DNA of 63,176 nt, filler included, from Octopus bimaculoides (Eukaryota): the NCBI RefSeq assembly GCF_001194135.2. It is 6 parts of 6 records of this genome, joined end to end, with 100 filler letters (N's around TTAATTAATTAA, not from the genome) between each part and the next. Parts side by side here need not be neighbours in the genome. Positions count along the whole stretch, not along the records: positions 1 to 6,861 come from NW_026313701.1; positions 6,962 to 31,736 come from NC_068982.1; 4 more parts are not named here. The stretch is one strand, 5' to 3'. Numbering within the stretch: the stretch's first letter is position 1; each line of letters begins with the position of its first letter. The notes under the pieces are model-generated. The model saw nothing but the letters and a program-made list of their open reading frames with translations, ran no database searches and was not told where the DNA came from. The translations under genes and the position numbers were made by a program. Shown piece by piece: positions 1-13,189 of this stretch.

Positions 1-1271
1 GAGTGTTCTTGCTCATTTTCCTGATTCTGATATTTTAATTTTTTTTTTTTTGTTGCAGATTTTTGAATAAACAAGTGTCGAGGTTACAAGGAAAATGGAG
101 AAAACTGAGTATCGTACTGTCATAAAGTACCTTCGTTTGAAAGGCATGACTCCATCAGAAATCCATGAAGATATGGTGAGAACCTTAACAGACAATGCTC
201 TTTCATATGCAACAGTCAAACGCTGGGTAAATGAATTCCAGCATGGCAGGGAGAGTGTGGAAGATGATCCCACACCAAGGAGACCTCCAACTTCAAACAC
301 CGAGGACAACATTGACCTTGCTCTTGGTATGATAATGCAAGATCGTCAAATATCATGTCGTCAGATAGCCAAGAGACTTGGCATCTCAACTCAAAGAGCA
401 GACAACATTGTGACAATAGAACTTGGGTTCTGAAAGGTTTCTGCAAGGAGGGTCCCTCCCCTTTTGACTCCTGAACAGAAACACACCAGGTGCACTTTGT
501 CCACGAGCAATCTGGAACTGTTTGAAGCCGATGAAGAGAATTTTCTTGCTCATTTCATTACTATGGATGAAAGTTGGGTTCAACACTACTAGCCTGAAAC
601 CAAAGAACAATCAAAGCAGTGGAAGCACACATCTTCTCCTACCCCAAAGAAGGCCAAGGTCATTCCTTCAGCTGGCAAGGTCATGGGGTCCGTTTTTGGG
701 GATTCTCAACATGTCTTCCTGATTGATTACCTTGAAAAGGGTCACACTGTGACAGGGCTGTATTATTCTCAGCTACTGAAATGCCTCCAAGAAGCAATCA
801 AAGAGAAAAGGCCAGGAATGCTCACCAGAGGAGTCCTNNNNNNNNNNCAAGAAGCAATCAAAGAGAAAAGGCCAGGAATGCTCACCAGAGGAGTCCTTTT
901 TCATCACGACAATGCTCCAGCCCACACCTCAGTGGTTGCTATGGCAACAATTCGTGATTGTGGATACCAACTTGTTCCCCATCTGCTTTATTCACCAGAC
1001 TTAGCCCCCTCTAACTTTCATCTATTTCCAAAAATGAAATAAGCCCTGGCTGGTCGCCATTTTGTCAGTGACAATGATGTCATAGACACTGTAGGAAGAT
1101 TCTTGGAGTCTGAAACAAAAGAGTTCCTCTATGCCGGGATAATAGCACTTCAGCACCACTGGAGAAAGTGTTCAGCCATCGAGGGGTACTATGCTGAAAA
1201 ATGAATCATCAGAAGTCTTGTACCGTGTTTTTTTTTTTTTGAGGCTCAAGACTTTTCATACACCGCTCATA
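1..1271 (+). mobile_element. Mariner (Tc1/mariner, DD34D-type) DNA transposon, decayed; left end outside window
   Basis: Transposase frame 95-1204. The 3' end ...acttttcatacaccgctca + TA (1270-1271) has the form of a mariner terminal inverted repeat followed by a TA target. Confidence 0.9.
95..1204 (+). pseudogene. Mariner transposase pseudogene
   Basis: HTH N-terminus (MEKTEYRTVIKYL...TVKRWVNEF), ARRVP (WVP motif), MDESW, HHDNAPAH, YSPDLAPSNFHLF. In-frame stops at 431-433, 590-592 and 1040-1042. A 50-bp duplication around a 10-N gap keeps the frame. Confidence 0.92.
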
Positions 1272-1333
1272 GATATAGATATGTATATACATATGTATAT
1301 AGATATATAGATATGTATGTATATTTATATGTA

Positions 1334-4141
1334 TCATCATCATCATCATCGTCGTTTAACGTCCGCGTTCCATGCTAGCATGGGTTGGACGATTTGACTG
1401 AGGACTGGAGGACTAGGAGGCGACACCAGGCTCCAATCTGATTTGGCAGAGTTTCTACAGCTGGATGCCCTTCCTAATGCCAACCACTCCGGGAGTGTAG
1501 TGGGTGCTTTTATGTGCCACCGGCACGAGGGCCAGTCAGGCGGGTACTGGCAACGGCCAGGTTAGAAATGGTGTATTTTACGTGCCACCTGCAAAGGGCT
1601 AGTATAGGGGCACTGGCAACGATCTCGCTCGGATGTCTTACTGGCAAAGGCCATGCTCAAAATGATGTATTACGTGTCACCTGCACAGGAGCCAGTCCAT
1701 CGGCACTGGCAATGATCTCGCTCAAATGTCTTTTCACGTGCCGCTGGCACAAGTGCCAGGAAGGCAACGTTGGTAACGATCCACGGCCATGCTCGAAATT
1801 GTGTATTTTACATGTCACCTGAACAGGAGCCAGTCCATCTGCACTGGCAACGATCTCGTTCGAATGACTTTTCACGTGCCACCGGCACAAGTGCCAGGAA
1901 GGCGACGTTGCTAACGATCACACTGGTGCTATTTATGTGCCACCAGCACGGAAGCCAGGCAGCTGCTCTGGCAACGATCACGCTCGGATGGTGCTCTTAG
2001 TGCTCCACTGGTACAGGTGCCATCATGATTTCGCTTTCGCTTGCCTCACTGTGTCTTCGCAAGCAGAGTTTAGTGTCCAATAAAGGAATGTTACGCGTAA
2101 GTGGGCTGGCTACATCCCAGGCAGAGGCCTTGGATTTTGGTCTCACTTGGCTTGCCGGGTCTTCTCACGCACAGCATATTTCCAAAGGTCACGGTCACAA
2201 GTCATTGCCTCGGTGAGGCCTAATGTTCGGACGTTGTGCTTCACCACCTCATCCCAGGTCTTCCTAGGCCTGCCTCTTCCATGGGTTCCCTCAACCGCTA
2301 TGATGTGGCACTTTTTCATGCAACTATCCTCATCCATTTTCACCACATGTCCATACCAGCACAATCATCTCTCTTGCACACCACAACTGATGCTTCTTAT
2401 GTTCAACTTTTCTCTCAAGATACTTACGCTCTGTCGGGTATGCACACTGACATTACTCATCCATCGGAGCATACTGGCTTCATTTCTTGCGAGCTTAAGC
2501 ATGTCCATGTAGCATGGCTGTCTGTACACATGCGTCATACCGTCTGCCTTTTACTTTGAGTGAGAGGCCCTTTGTCGCCAGCAGGGGTAAGAGCTCTCTG
2601 AACTTTGCCCAGGCTATTCTTATTCTAGCAGCTACACTTTCAGCGCACCCACCCCACTGCTAACTTCGTCACCCAGGTAGTGGAAGCTATCAACTACGTC
2701 TAGTTTTTCTCCCTGGAATGAGACAGAAGTTGTTTTCTGTATATTTACAGTGTTTTTTGCAGCTCAACATCTGCCACATACAAAAACTAACTTCCTAGTT
2801 AACCTGCTTTTGATATTGCTGCACCTCTTATGTGTCCATAGCTTGCACTGGGTACATCTTATAGAGTTTCTACCTACGCCTTTTCTACAAATCGAGCAGG
2901 GCCATCTACCTGAAGTGGTTTGTGTTTTCTCTACCTTTCTACTTATAAGGACTTTGGTTTTAGCTAGGTTGACTCTAAGGCCCTTCGATTCTAGTCCTTA
3001 CTTCCACACCTGAAACTTCTCTAGTTCTGATAGTGACTTAGCAATTAGTGCAAGGTCGTCGGCATAGAGGAGCTCCCAGGGGCATCCCGTCTTGAATTCC
3101 TCTGTTATCGCCTGGAGGATATTGATGAATAAGAGGGGGCTGAGGACAGAACCTTGGTGGACTCCTACCTATACGCGGAATTCTTCACTATATTCATTGC
3201 CAACCTTCTCCTTACTGACAGCGTCTCTGTACATGGCTTGCACAGCTCTCACTAACCATTCTTCTATTCCTAGTTTCTTCATTGACCACCAGATAAGGGA
3301 TCGGGGGACCCTGTCAAAGGCTTTCTCCATGTCAACGAAAGCCAGGTACAGAGGTTTATCCCTGGCTAGGTATTTCTCCTGCAGCTTTCTTACCAGAAAT
3401 ATAGCATCAGTGATGCTTTTCCCTGGCACAAACCCAAACTGCATCTCATTTAAGCTGACTCTCTCCCTAATTAGTTGGGCTATTACCCTCTCCGTGACTT
3501 TCATGATCTAACAACTTGATACCTCTGTAATTATTTGTGTCTAAAGCATCACCTTTACCTTTGTAACAGTTGACTATGGTGCTGCTACACCAGTCATTGA
3601 GTATGACTCCTTCGTGTATCACCTGGTTAACAATACGGGTGACGAGGCTATAGCCGACACTACCTGATATTTTGAGTATCTCTGCAGTGATTCCTGATGG
3701 GCCAGGAACTTTTCCTGTCTTCATACTCTTAATTGCTTTATCTACCATGGTACTGTCAATTCGGATAGCTGGTCCCTCTGTAGGGACGACATTCAGCAGA
3801 CTCTCTTTCTCCCGTTCATTCTCTTTATTGAGCAACCTTTCATAGTGGCATCTCCAAACCTCTCTCTTTGCAGTTTCATTTAGTGCAAGTGTACCATCAT
3901 CCATGCGAACACATTTCTCTCCCACGACATCACAATTCTCTCTCACACACTGTCTTGCAACACGAAATACTTCAAGTCTTCGGTCCTCACGGTGCAGAAC
4001 ATTGGCAAACTTTTTCTTATCTGCTTCCCCTCTGGCTAAGTAAACCTGTCTCCTAGCTTCCCATCTGGCAGTCTGATACAATTCCCTGCTACCTCCGTTC
4101 TTCCAGGCCTTCCAAGCCTGACCTCCATTCTTCCAGTCCTT
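1334..4141 (-). mobile_element. RTE-clade non-LTR retrotransposon, 5'-truncated, with 3' UTR and (ATG)n tail
   Basis: Minus-strand RT motifs NNYRGIKLL, QFGFVPGKS, FVDMEKAFDRVP, LLYADDL (~3050-3077), C-terminal GRGRPRKTW (2143-2364). (CAT)n on + strand at 1334-1350 is the tail. Frameshifted. Confidence 0.92.
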
Positions 4142-4189
4142 GTATGTATGTCTAAATATGTATATAGATATGTATATATAGATATGTAT

Positions 4190-4557
4190 ATGCTACATGG
4201 CAGGGAAACATGGGCTGTGACTGCTGAGGACATGCGTAAGCTTGCAAGGAATGAAGCCAGTATGCTCCGCTGGATGTGTAATGTCAGTGTGCATACCCGT
4301 CAGAGTGTAAGTATCTTGAGAGAAAAGCTGAACATAAGAAGCATCAGTTGTGGTGTGCAAGAGAGGCGATTGCGCTGGTATGGACATGTGGTGAGAATGG
4401 ATGAGGATAGCTGCGTCAAAAAGTGCCACACCCTAAAAGTTGAGGGAACCCGTGGAAGAGGTAAGCCCAGGAAGACCTGGGCTGAGGTGGTGAGGCAAGA
4501 CCTTCGAACGTTGGGCCTCTCCGAGGCGGTGACTATTGACCAAGACCTTTGGAAATG
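4190..4557 (+). mobile_element. RTE-clade LINE 3' fragment (same family), runs into N gap
   Basis: MLHGRETWAVTAEDMRKL...RRLRWYGHVVRM...GRGKPRKTW, colinear with the minus-strand copies. Confidence 0.9.
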
Positions 4558-5191
4558 NNNNNNNNNNNNNNNNNNNNNNNNNNNNNNNNNNNNNNNNNNN
4601 NNNNNNNNNNNNNNNNNNNNNNNNNNNNNNNNNNNNNNNNNNNNNNNNNNNNNNNNNNNNNNNNNNNNNNNNNNNNNNNNNNNNNNNNNNNNNNNNNNNN
4701 NNNNNNNNNNNNNNNNNNNNNNNNNNNNNNNNNNNNNNNNNNNNNNNNNNNNNNNNNNNNNNNNNNNNNNNNNNNNNNNNNNNNNNNNNNNNNNNNNNNN
4801 NNNNNNNNNNNNNNNNNNNNNNNNNNNNNNNNNNNNNNNNNNNNNNNNNNNNNNNNNNNNNNNNNNNNNNNNNNNNNNNNNNNNNNNNNNNNNNNNNNNN
4901 NNNNNNNNNNNNNNNNNNNNNNNNNNNNNNNNNNNNNNNNNNNNNNNNNNNNNNNNNNNNNNNNNNNNNNNNNNNNNNNNNNNNNNNNNNNNNNNNNNNN
5001 NNNNNNNNNNNNNNNNNNNNNNNNNNNNNNNNNNNNNNNNNNNNNNNNNNNNNNNNNNNNNNNNNNNNNNNNNNNNNNNNNNNNNNNNNNNNNNNNNNNN
5101 NNNNNNNNNNNNNNNNNNNNNNNNNNNNNNNNNNNNNNNNNNNNNNNNATATATATATATATATATGTATATACATATATAGATATGTGTT

Positions 5192-6815
5192 TCATCATCA
5201 TCGTTTAACGTCTGCTTTCCATGCTAGCATGGGTTGGACAATTTGACTGAGGACTGGCAAGCCAGAAGGCTGCACCAGGCTGCAATCTGATCTGGCAGAG
5301 TTCCTACAGCTGGATGCCCTTCCTAACACCAACCTCTCCGAGTGTGTAGTGGGTGCTTTTACGTGCCACTGGCATGAAAGCCAGTCAGGGGGTACTGGCA
5401 ACGGCCACGCTCAAAATAGTGTTTTTTACATGCCACCTGCACCGGAGGCAGTCCAGCAGCACTAGCAATGATCTCGCTCAAATTATTTTCTAATGTGCTA
5501 CCAGCACAAGTAGTACAAGGCGACGCTGGTAACGATTACGATCAAATGGTGCTATTTACAGGCCACTAGCACGGAAGCCAGACAGCTGCTCTGGCAATGA
5601 ACACGCTCGGTCAGTGCTGTTAGTGCTCCACTGGCGCAGGTGCCAGTCATCGAATATGGTTCAATTATGATTTCGATTTCACTTGCCCCAACAGGTCTTC
5701 GCAAGGAGAGTTTAGTGTCCAATGAAGGAGAGGTTGGCATGGGTGCCAGTCATCGGATACGGTACGATTTCGACTTCAGTTTTCGAATTTACTTGCCTCA
5801 ACAGGTCCTCACAAGCAGAGTTTAGTGTCCAATGAAGTAAAGATACGAATAAGTGAACTGGCTACACTTCTGGCAGAGGCCACAGATTATGCTCTCACTT
5901 GGCCTGCCGGGTCTTCTCACGTACTGCATATTTCCAAAGGTCTAGGTCACTAGTCATTGCCTTGGTGAGGCCTAATGTTCAAAGATTGTGCTTCACCACC
6001 TCATCCCAAGTTTTCCTGGGTCTACCTCTTCCACAGGTTTCCTCAACTGCTAGGGTGTAGCACTTTTTCACACAGCTATCCTCATTCATTCTGGCCACAT
6101 GTCCATACCAGCGCAATCGTCTCTCTTGCACACCACAACTGATGCTTCTTAGGTTCAACTTTTCTCTCAAGGTACTTACACTCTGTCGAGTATGCACACT
6201 GACATTACACATTCGTCAGAGCATACTGGCTTCATCCCTTGCAAGGTTACACATGTCCTCAGCAGTTATGGCCCATGTTCCACTGCCATGTAGCATGGCT
6301 GTTTGTACACATGGGTCATAAAGGCTACCTTTTACTCTGAGCGGCCTATTCTTATTCTAGCAGCTATACTTTCAGTGCACCCTTCCCCACTACACACTTG
6401 GTCACCTAGGTAGCGGAAGCTATCGACTACTTCTAGTTTTTCTCCCTGGAGTGTGGCAAAGGTTGATTTCTGCACATTTTCAATGTTTCTTGCTCCTGAG
6501 CATCTGCCACATACAAAAACAATCTTGCTAGTTACCCTTCGTTTGACATTGCTGCAGCACTTATGTGTCCATAGCCTACACTGGGTACATCCTATGGAGT
6601 TTCTACCTACGCATTTTCTACAGATCGAGCAGGGCCATCTTTCGGAAGGGGTTTGTGTTTTGTCTACCTTCCTACTTATTAGGACATTGGTTTTAGCTAG
6701 GTTGACTCTAGGGCCCTTCGATTCTAGCCCTTGCTTCCACACCTGAAACATTTCCTCTAGTTCTGATAGTGACTCAGCAATTAGGGCAAGGTCATCAGCA
6801 TAGAGGAGCTCCCTG

Positions 6816-6817
<2 letters not shown>
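5192..6817 (-). mobile_element. RTE-clade LINE, 5'-truncated at the YADD motif, with 3' UTR and (ATG)n tail
   Basis: RELLYADDLALIA at ~6770-6815, DSFRYLGD, RRLRWYGHVARM, GRGRPRKTW. The 3' UTR is homologous to 1334-2140. Confidence 0.92.
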
Positions 6818-6861
<44 letters not shown>

Positions 6862-6961
6862 NNNNNNNNNNNNNNNNNNNNNNNNNNNNNNNNNNNNNNN
6901 NNNNNTTAATTAATTAANNNNNNNNNNNNNNNNNNNNNNNNNNNNNNNNNNNNNNNNNNNN
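6862..6961. other. Synthetic 100-bp scaffold spacer N44-TTAATTAATTAA-N44 (also 31737-31836, 42344-42443, 47517-47616, 55383-55482)
   Basis: Five identical N44+12+N44 structures. TTAATTAATTAA places stops in all six frames. Confidence 0.92.
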
Positions 6962-6989
6962 ATATATATATATATATATATATATAAGT

Positions 6990-7510
6990 GTAAGCACTCC
7001 AGTGGTCAATAACAAGAAAGATAGACGCATGAGAGGCATTGACTATTAGGGTTGCCTAAAAAGACTCAATGACTACTCTCTCCAACGCCGCCGACGGGAG
7101 CGCTACATCATTTGTGTGATGTAGAAAATATTCCATCAATATTGCACAAATGATGTTGGCATCAACTGTAAAATCCATCCAAGACCTGGTCGCCGTGCTA
7201 TCCACCAACTACAAAAATCGAACTCGGTAGACACAATTACTTTATCTCAACCGCTTCAGCTCTCTTTAATACCATACCAAAATACGTCAAAACGGAAACG
7301 AATCCCAAAAGATTCAAATTTTCACTGGACAAATTTCTTCAAAAAATCATGAACCAACCTCTTACACCCGGATATGTCTCCAACAATAATAACTATGCTA
7401 GAGTGGGCCATGGTGCCCCATATATGACTAAAAGACTTCACCAGGTAGTGCTATTCAGTTAGACATGGCCTGGGCCTATAATGGCCGCAACCTATCAAAG
7501 TTATCACAGT
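6990..7510 (+). mobile_element. CR1-like LINE 3' end, degenerate
   Basis: Translates (with stops and shifts) as LKRLNDYSLQRRRERYII...HPRPGRR and KFSLDKFLQ...QPLTPGY, typical of CR1-type ORF2 C-termini. Its 3' UTR is shared with 22835-23175. Confidence 0.7.
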
Positions 7511-7511
7511 G

Positions 7512-7563
<52 letters not shown>

Positions 7564-7785
7564 TAGTGTTATTAATCCATTAGTGTTATTAAGAAATATT
7601 CCTTTCAATATTTTTTTGTGATCTACTGATTTATGAAAATAGCCATAATTACGTGAAACGTCAAAAACCAACAAGGTGGAGGGTGATTGATTAATTCAGG
7701 ATGGATGAAGTAATGTTAGATATGTCAAAAGAAGAAGGAATAGGTAGACAGTTTAATGGCATTTCTCGACAATACCATTGTATAT

Positions 7786-8159
7786 CTTTTATTTTGTACT
7801 TGCTTCAGTCATTAGACTGCGGCCATGCTGGGGTGCCACCGTCAATTTTTTAGTGGAACGAACCTACCTCAATACTTACGTTTCAAGCCTGGTATATATT
7901 CTATCAGGCTCTTTTACAAAACTGCTAAGTTACCGGAGCGTAAATACACGCACACACACACAAACACACTCGCACACATATATCTATATTAATATAGGTA
8001 AACGATAGCCTACTTTCAGGTCTCGTCTACCAAATGTACCCAAGCTTTAATCGACCTCTACATTAGTAGAAGACACACACCGAAGGTACTACACAGTGGG
8101 ATTGAAACTGGAGCCACGTCGTTGTTACAAACCTCTTACCACACAGCCATGCCTGCGTC
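7786..8159 (-). mobile_element. tRNA-derived SINE family A, full-length, diverged
   Basis: Reverse complement matches 29871-30258: head tggctgtgtggtaag, central microsatellite, 3' cagtc/gactg stem and aaagag-type tail. Confidence 0.8.
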
Positions 8160-9624
8160 TATAATATGAATGGAACTTTATAAAAACACATGTATATATC
8201 AATATAGACTCACTCATGGGAGTATGGGGTTTACGGAGTTTACAGATGGATCAACATAAACACAATGGCACACTGCGATGTAATGGTGCTCTGTTCACTG
8301 CTGGAAAACTTCTCTAAAAAGTGACCGAGCGCTAAACAACTACTAAAGCAATCCCGAGTACGTAGCCTCTGCACAAACGCTTGAAATCTCACTAATTGTT
8401 GTCAGTTCTCCGTCACATCACATACCAGAGCCTCTTAATAACTTTAAAGTCCATTACACCAGATAAAAGGTAACAAGGTGCTGAAGATCCAACACCTTTA
8501 AATATAAGTTTGTTTGATGAGGATTAACTTGCAGTAAATCAACAAGAAAATAGGTTTCTCCATGGGCATGCTTTCTCCTTGAAAATGCAGCCACTGTTCA
8601 ATAAAGTCACATCCAGCCGACTTCGAGAACGAAGGACACATTGGAGTCAGCAATGCTTCATGTAAAAAAAAAAGGTAGTCGTACTTAGAAGTATTTTATC
8701 ATCGTTCTGCTTCATCATGTCTGACCTACTTTCTACGACAACAATTAAAATTGTTGTCAGGCAATGAGGCGTACTCTGCAGTAATATTTATTTATTTTTT
8801 AAAATTTGTTTCCGCTATTAATGTTTCTACTCCAGTTATATTGCATTAATTAGTAGGTTTATTGTCCGTTACTGCTCAAACACTACAAATTGTAAATTAA
8901 GTTTTATTGTTTTTCTATATTGTTCACTAACGGTCACTTTACGTATGTACGTGCACTCACGTATATGTACACAAACATATATACATACATATGTGTGTGT
9001 ATGTGTATGTGTATGTACATAAATGTATGTATGTGGATATGTATACATATATATATATATATATATANNNNNNNNNNNNNNNNNNNNNNNNNNNNNNNNN
9101 NNNNNNNNNNNNNNNNNNNNNNNNNNNNNNNNNNNNNNNNNNNNNNNNNNNNNNNNNNNNNNNNNNNNNNNNNNNNNNNNNNNNNNNNNNNNNNNNNNNN
9201 NNNNNNNNNNNNNNNNNNNNNNNNNNNNNNNNNNNNNNNNNNNNNNNNNNNNNNNNNNNNNNNNNNNNNNNNNNNNNNNNNNNNNNNNNNNNNNNNNNNN
9301 NNNNNNNNNNNNNNNNNNNNNNNNNNNNNNNNNNNNNNNNNNNNNNNNNNNNNNNNNNNNNNNNNNNNNNNNNNNNNNNNNNNNNNNNNNNNNNNNNNNN
9401 NNNNNNNNNNNNNNNNNNNNNNNNNNNNNNNNNNNNNNNNNNNNNNNNNNNNNNNNNNNNNNNNNNNNNNNNNNNNNNNNNNNNNNNNNNNNNNNNNNNN
9501 NNNNNNNNNNNNNNNNNNNNNNNNNNNNNNNNNNNNNNNNNNNNNNNNNNNNNNNNNNNNNNNNNNNNNNNNNNNNNNNNNNNNNNNNNNNNNNNNNNNN
9601 NNNNNNNNNNNNNNNNNNNNNNNN

Positions 9625-9685
<61 letters not shown>

Positions 9686-9687
<2 letters not shown>

Positions 9688-9895
9688 GTTTGTGTGTCTG
9701 TTTGTTCCCCACTTTCGCTTGACAACCGATACTTGTGTGTTTACATCCCTGTAACATAGCGTTTGGGCAAAAGAACCGATAGAATAAGTACTAGGCTTCC
9801 AGAGAATAAGTCCTGGAGTTGACTTGCTCGACTAATGGCGGTGCTCCAGCCTGGTTGCAGTCACATGACTGAAACAAGTAAAAGAGTAAAAGAGT
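9686..9895 (+). mobile_element. SINE family A, 3' half (5' half presumably in N gap)
   Basis: cgcttgacaaccgat...ggcggtgctccagc...gactgaaacaagtaaaagagtaaaagag, near-identical to 30100-30258. Confidence 0.85.
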
Positions 9896-11443
9896 ATATA
9901 CACGCACGCTTTTATATATGGCTGGTTGTATGAGATTTTTTTTTCTAAATAAATGCAAATCTTTAATTTTATGCAATTGTAGAAGGCAGTAGATGACATG
10001 ATATTATGTGGATTATCGCATAATATGTGACGAGTGTCTAGCAGAAAAGAAAAGATTCGATATTTCGTCACATTTTCACTTGGATATTTCTTGCATGTTC
10101 TGTGAGGCAACACTACGCAGAAATGGGTCATTATTTTCACTGAGCAATATGACAATGGAAATATTAAATAATAGATTATATTTAAAACCTAACAAATTAT
10201 AACAATACACAAAAAAAATTATTATCTATTCTTTCGTGAAGGATATCGAACGGGAAATAATCAATATGTCCACATCGGTTTCTACAATATTATGGATATT
10301 AATCAATCATTTCTGTTTAAACGTAAGTGTGATACGCATCTCTGTTTGAGATGTTTACCTCATTTATATCTCTGGTTCGATGACTGGAATATATTTAATC
10401 TCTATCTACTCAAGTTTCTATAGCAAATATGTTGAAATATATGTTGCAATTAAATCAGAGTTCGGATGATTAGATATGTATACTTAATATAAATATAAAT
10501 ACACACTCATATATATGTGTCTGTGTGTAGGGCATACCTACGTCTGCGTCTGTGTGTATGTGTGTGTTCGTTGTGTACGTGAGTGTGTATCCGTACATTG
10601 CTAGTGAGAGATTCATTTACATATTTACATGGATATATATTTACATATACGTACGTTTATATATATGCATATATATATATATATATATATANNNNNNNNN
10701 NNNNNNNNNNNNNNNNNNNNNNNNNNNNNNNNNNNNNNNNNNNNNNNNNNNNNNNNNNNNNNNNNNNNNNNNNNNNNNNNNNNNNNNNNNNNNNNNNNNN
10801 NNNNNNNNNNNNNNNNNNNNNNNNNNNNNNNNNNNNNNNNNNNNNNNNNNNNNNNNNNNNNNNNNNNNNNNNNNNNNNNNNNNNNNNNNNNNNNNNNNNN
10901 NNNNNNNNNNNNNNNNNNNNNNNNNNNNNNNNNNNNNNNNNNNNNNNNNNNNNNNNNNNNNNNNNNNNNNNNNNNNNNNNNNNNNNNNNNNNNNNNNNNN
11001 NNNNNNNNNNNNNNNNNNNNNNNNNNNNNNNNNNNNNNNNNNNNNNNNNNNNNNNNNNNNNNNNNNNNNNNNNNNNNNNNNNNNNNNNNNNNNNNNNNNN
11101 NNNNNNNNNNNNNNNNNNNNNNNNNNNNNNNNNNNNNNNNNNNNNNNNNNNNNNNNNNNNNNNNNNNNNNNNNNNNNNNNNNNNNNNNNNNNNNNNNNNN
11201 NNNNNNNNNNNNNNNNNNNNNNNNNNNNNNNNNNNNNNNNNNNNNNNNNNNNNNNNNNNNNNNNNNNNNNNNNNNNNNNNNNNNNNNNNNNNNNNNNNNN
11301 NNNNNNNNNNNNNNNNNNNNNNNNNNNNNNNNNNNNNNNNNNNNNNNNNNNNNNNNNNNNNNNNNNNNNNNNNNNNNNNNNNNNNNNNNNNNNNNNNNNN
11401 NNNNNNNNNNNNNNNNNNNNNNNNNNNNNNNNNNNNNNNNNNN

Positions 11444-11474
<31 letters not shown>

Positions 11475-12199
11475 AAAAGAATCATATACATATACATACA
11501 TCAATAAATCTATGCATGTACGCAGATCTCTTGTCATGGCGCACTTTCATGTCTTATAAATTTAAATAATTTTTCTGTTATAAGTAACGCTATAAAAGCA
11601 CCTGAAAACCATAAACTTAAAACCAATCAATTCTTTACTTTTGAAACTGTAAGAATCGATAACAAAATACAAAAATTGATCTCAAGTTATCCCTTACTCG
11701 ACATATATCTTACTGCTATTTGGTTTTGTTGTTACGCCTGTTGACTTCAAATCATATCATAATGGCTTGTGTCATTTTTTTTATCTAACAAATACAATAG
11801 ATATCAAGTGACATTTAATATCATCGTGTCCCTTTCGCTGAATGATTTGAAAGAAATTTATACATTTTCCAACTAAGGAAACGAGTGACTACATCACAAA
11901 ATATACGGTTCGTAGAATGAGTTCATTAATTCCTTTGTTTCAGTTCAGATGAAGTTATATAGCACGGTATAATAATCTGTTACTGACAGATAGATGACCT
12001 AATTGCAATATCTACCTTATGACGCTGCAAATTTGAAGCTAATTACATTCGCTTTTAGCCCCTCTTGACTTTACAAAATAAAATGAGGCAACGCAAAATT
12101 CCATGTCATTTTTTCCAAGAAAGGGTAATTAAAGTATCACACGTACGTAAATGCATATGTATGTGTATGTTATTCAGCATTAAGTGAAGATAAGTAACG

Positions 12200-12410
12200 G
12201 TTTCAAATCTTGGTACAAGGCGAGCAGTTGGCAGAGGAGGTAAGTCGATTACATCTATCCCAGTACTATACTGATACACATTTTATCGACCACGGAAGAA
12301 TGAAAGGCACAGTAGACATCGGCGGCATTTGATCCCAAGAACGTAAAGACTGTCTAAACGCAGCTGAGAATTTTGACCGACGCGGTAGCGATTCTGTTAT
12401 CGCGCTGCCT
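12200..12410 (-). mobile_element. SINE family B, degenerate
   Basis: Reverse complement resembles 27629-27846 (gcagaatcg..., ctttacgttct, gtcgataaaat, actgggatagatgtaatcgact). Confidence 0.6.
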
Positions 12411-13029
12411 TAAAATGAAAATAGCTATGATTATCTTATTTATTACACGGGGCCATATGTTTCACTTTACACCAACATTTCAAGGAAATTATGGATTAAT
12501 ACCGCTGATGTAATTTATTGAACAGAATAAACTGGAATTCCTGGGTACATAGACTTCCTGAAAATAAAGCCAGTTTATTTTGAAAGGAAAATGAACCGTA
12601 GTAGAGAATGGCGGTGTTTGTACAGTGGTTAAAATTGTGAAGAATTATAATTCGATAAAGTGAGGAAATAAGAAAGGTGAAAAATTGTTTATAATGCAAT
12701 ATCGAGGGAAGGAATTATAGAAGGAAAATGTGATTGTTAAGGGACCTATTCATGCAAATAACTGTGGTTTGGAACTTAGTCAGTTGCATGGTTCGTGGGA
12801 AGTTAATTATAGACACAGCTGTGACGTGCCGCAGTAAGTGTGATTTGTAAAACAAAATATAAGTAATATTAAAGATACGATGTACATTGTTAATGCATCT
12901 ATTATGCAGGGCTTAAAATTAACTAGAATAAGTTAATGATAAAATCTACGTAACTGTCATTAACAAAGGTCAATATAATAAACTGTAAGGCAGTGTTACG
13001 GTGCTAGCAGAGAACTTGCCGTTGTAAGA

Positions 13030-13180
13030 GAGCAGCAGTCTAGGTGAAGGAGGACGAGGATGAAGAGGAGGTTGAGAAGGAGGAAGAGAAGGATGGGAAG
13101 GAGGGATAAAAGGATGAGAAGGAGAAATACGAGGGGGAGGAGGAGGAGACAACGACGAGGTCGACGACGACAACCCGACA
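13030..13180 (+). repeat. Purine-rich (GGA/GAA) low-complexity tract
   Basis: Directly visible ggaggacgaggatgaagaggagg... run. Confidence 0.8.
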
Positions 13181-13189
13181 TGAAATAAG

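Noticed and set aside
788-897. 50-bp direct repeat inside the mariner ORF (and a 32-bp repeat at 19115-19188)
   Set aside because: Both flank 10-N gaps exactly; these are unmerged contig overlaps, not biological duplications.
1500-2050. Repeat-spacer appearance suggestive of a CRISPR-like array
   Set aside because: The units are degenerate tandem modules inside a LINE 3' UTR with no unique spacers, in a eukaryotic context with no cas genes.
6906-6917. TTAATTAATTAA as a recurring biological motif (PacI/piggyBac target)
   Set aside because: It is always centred in N44...N44; a synthetic linker.
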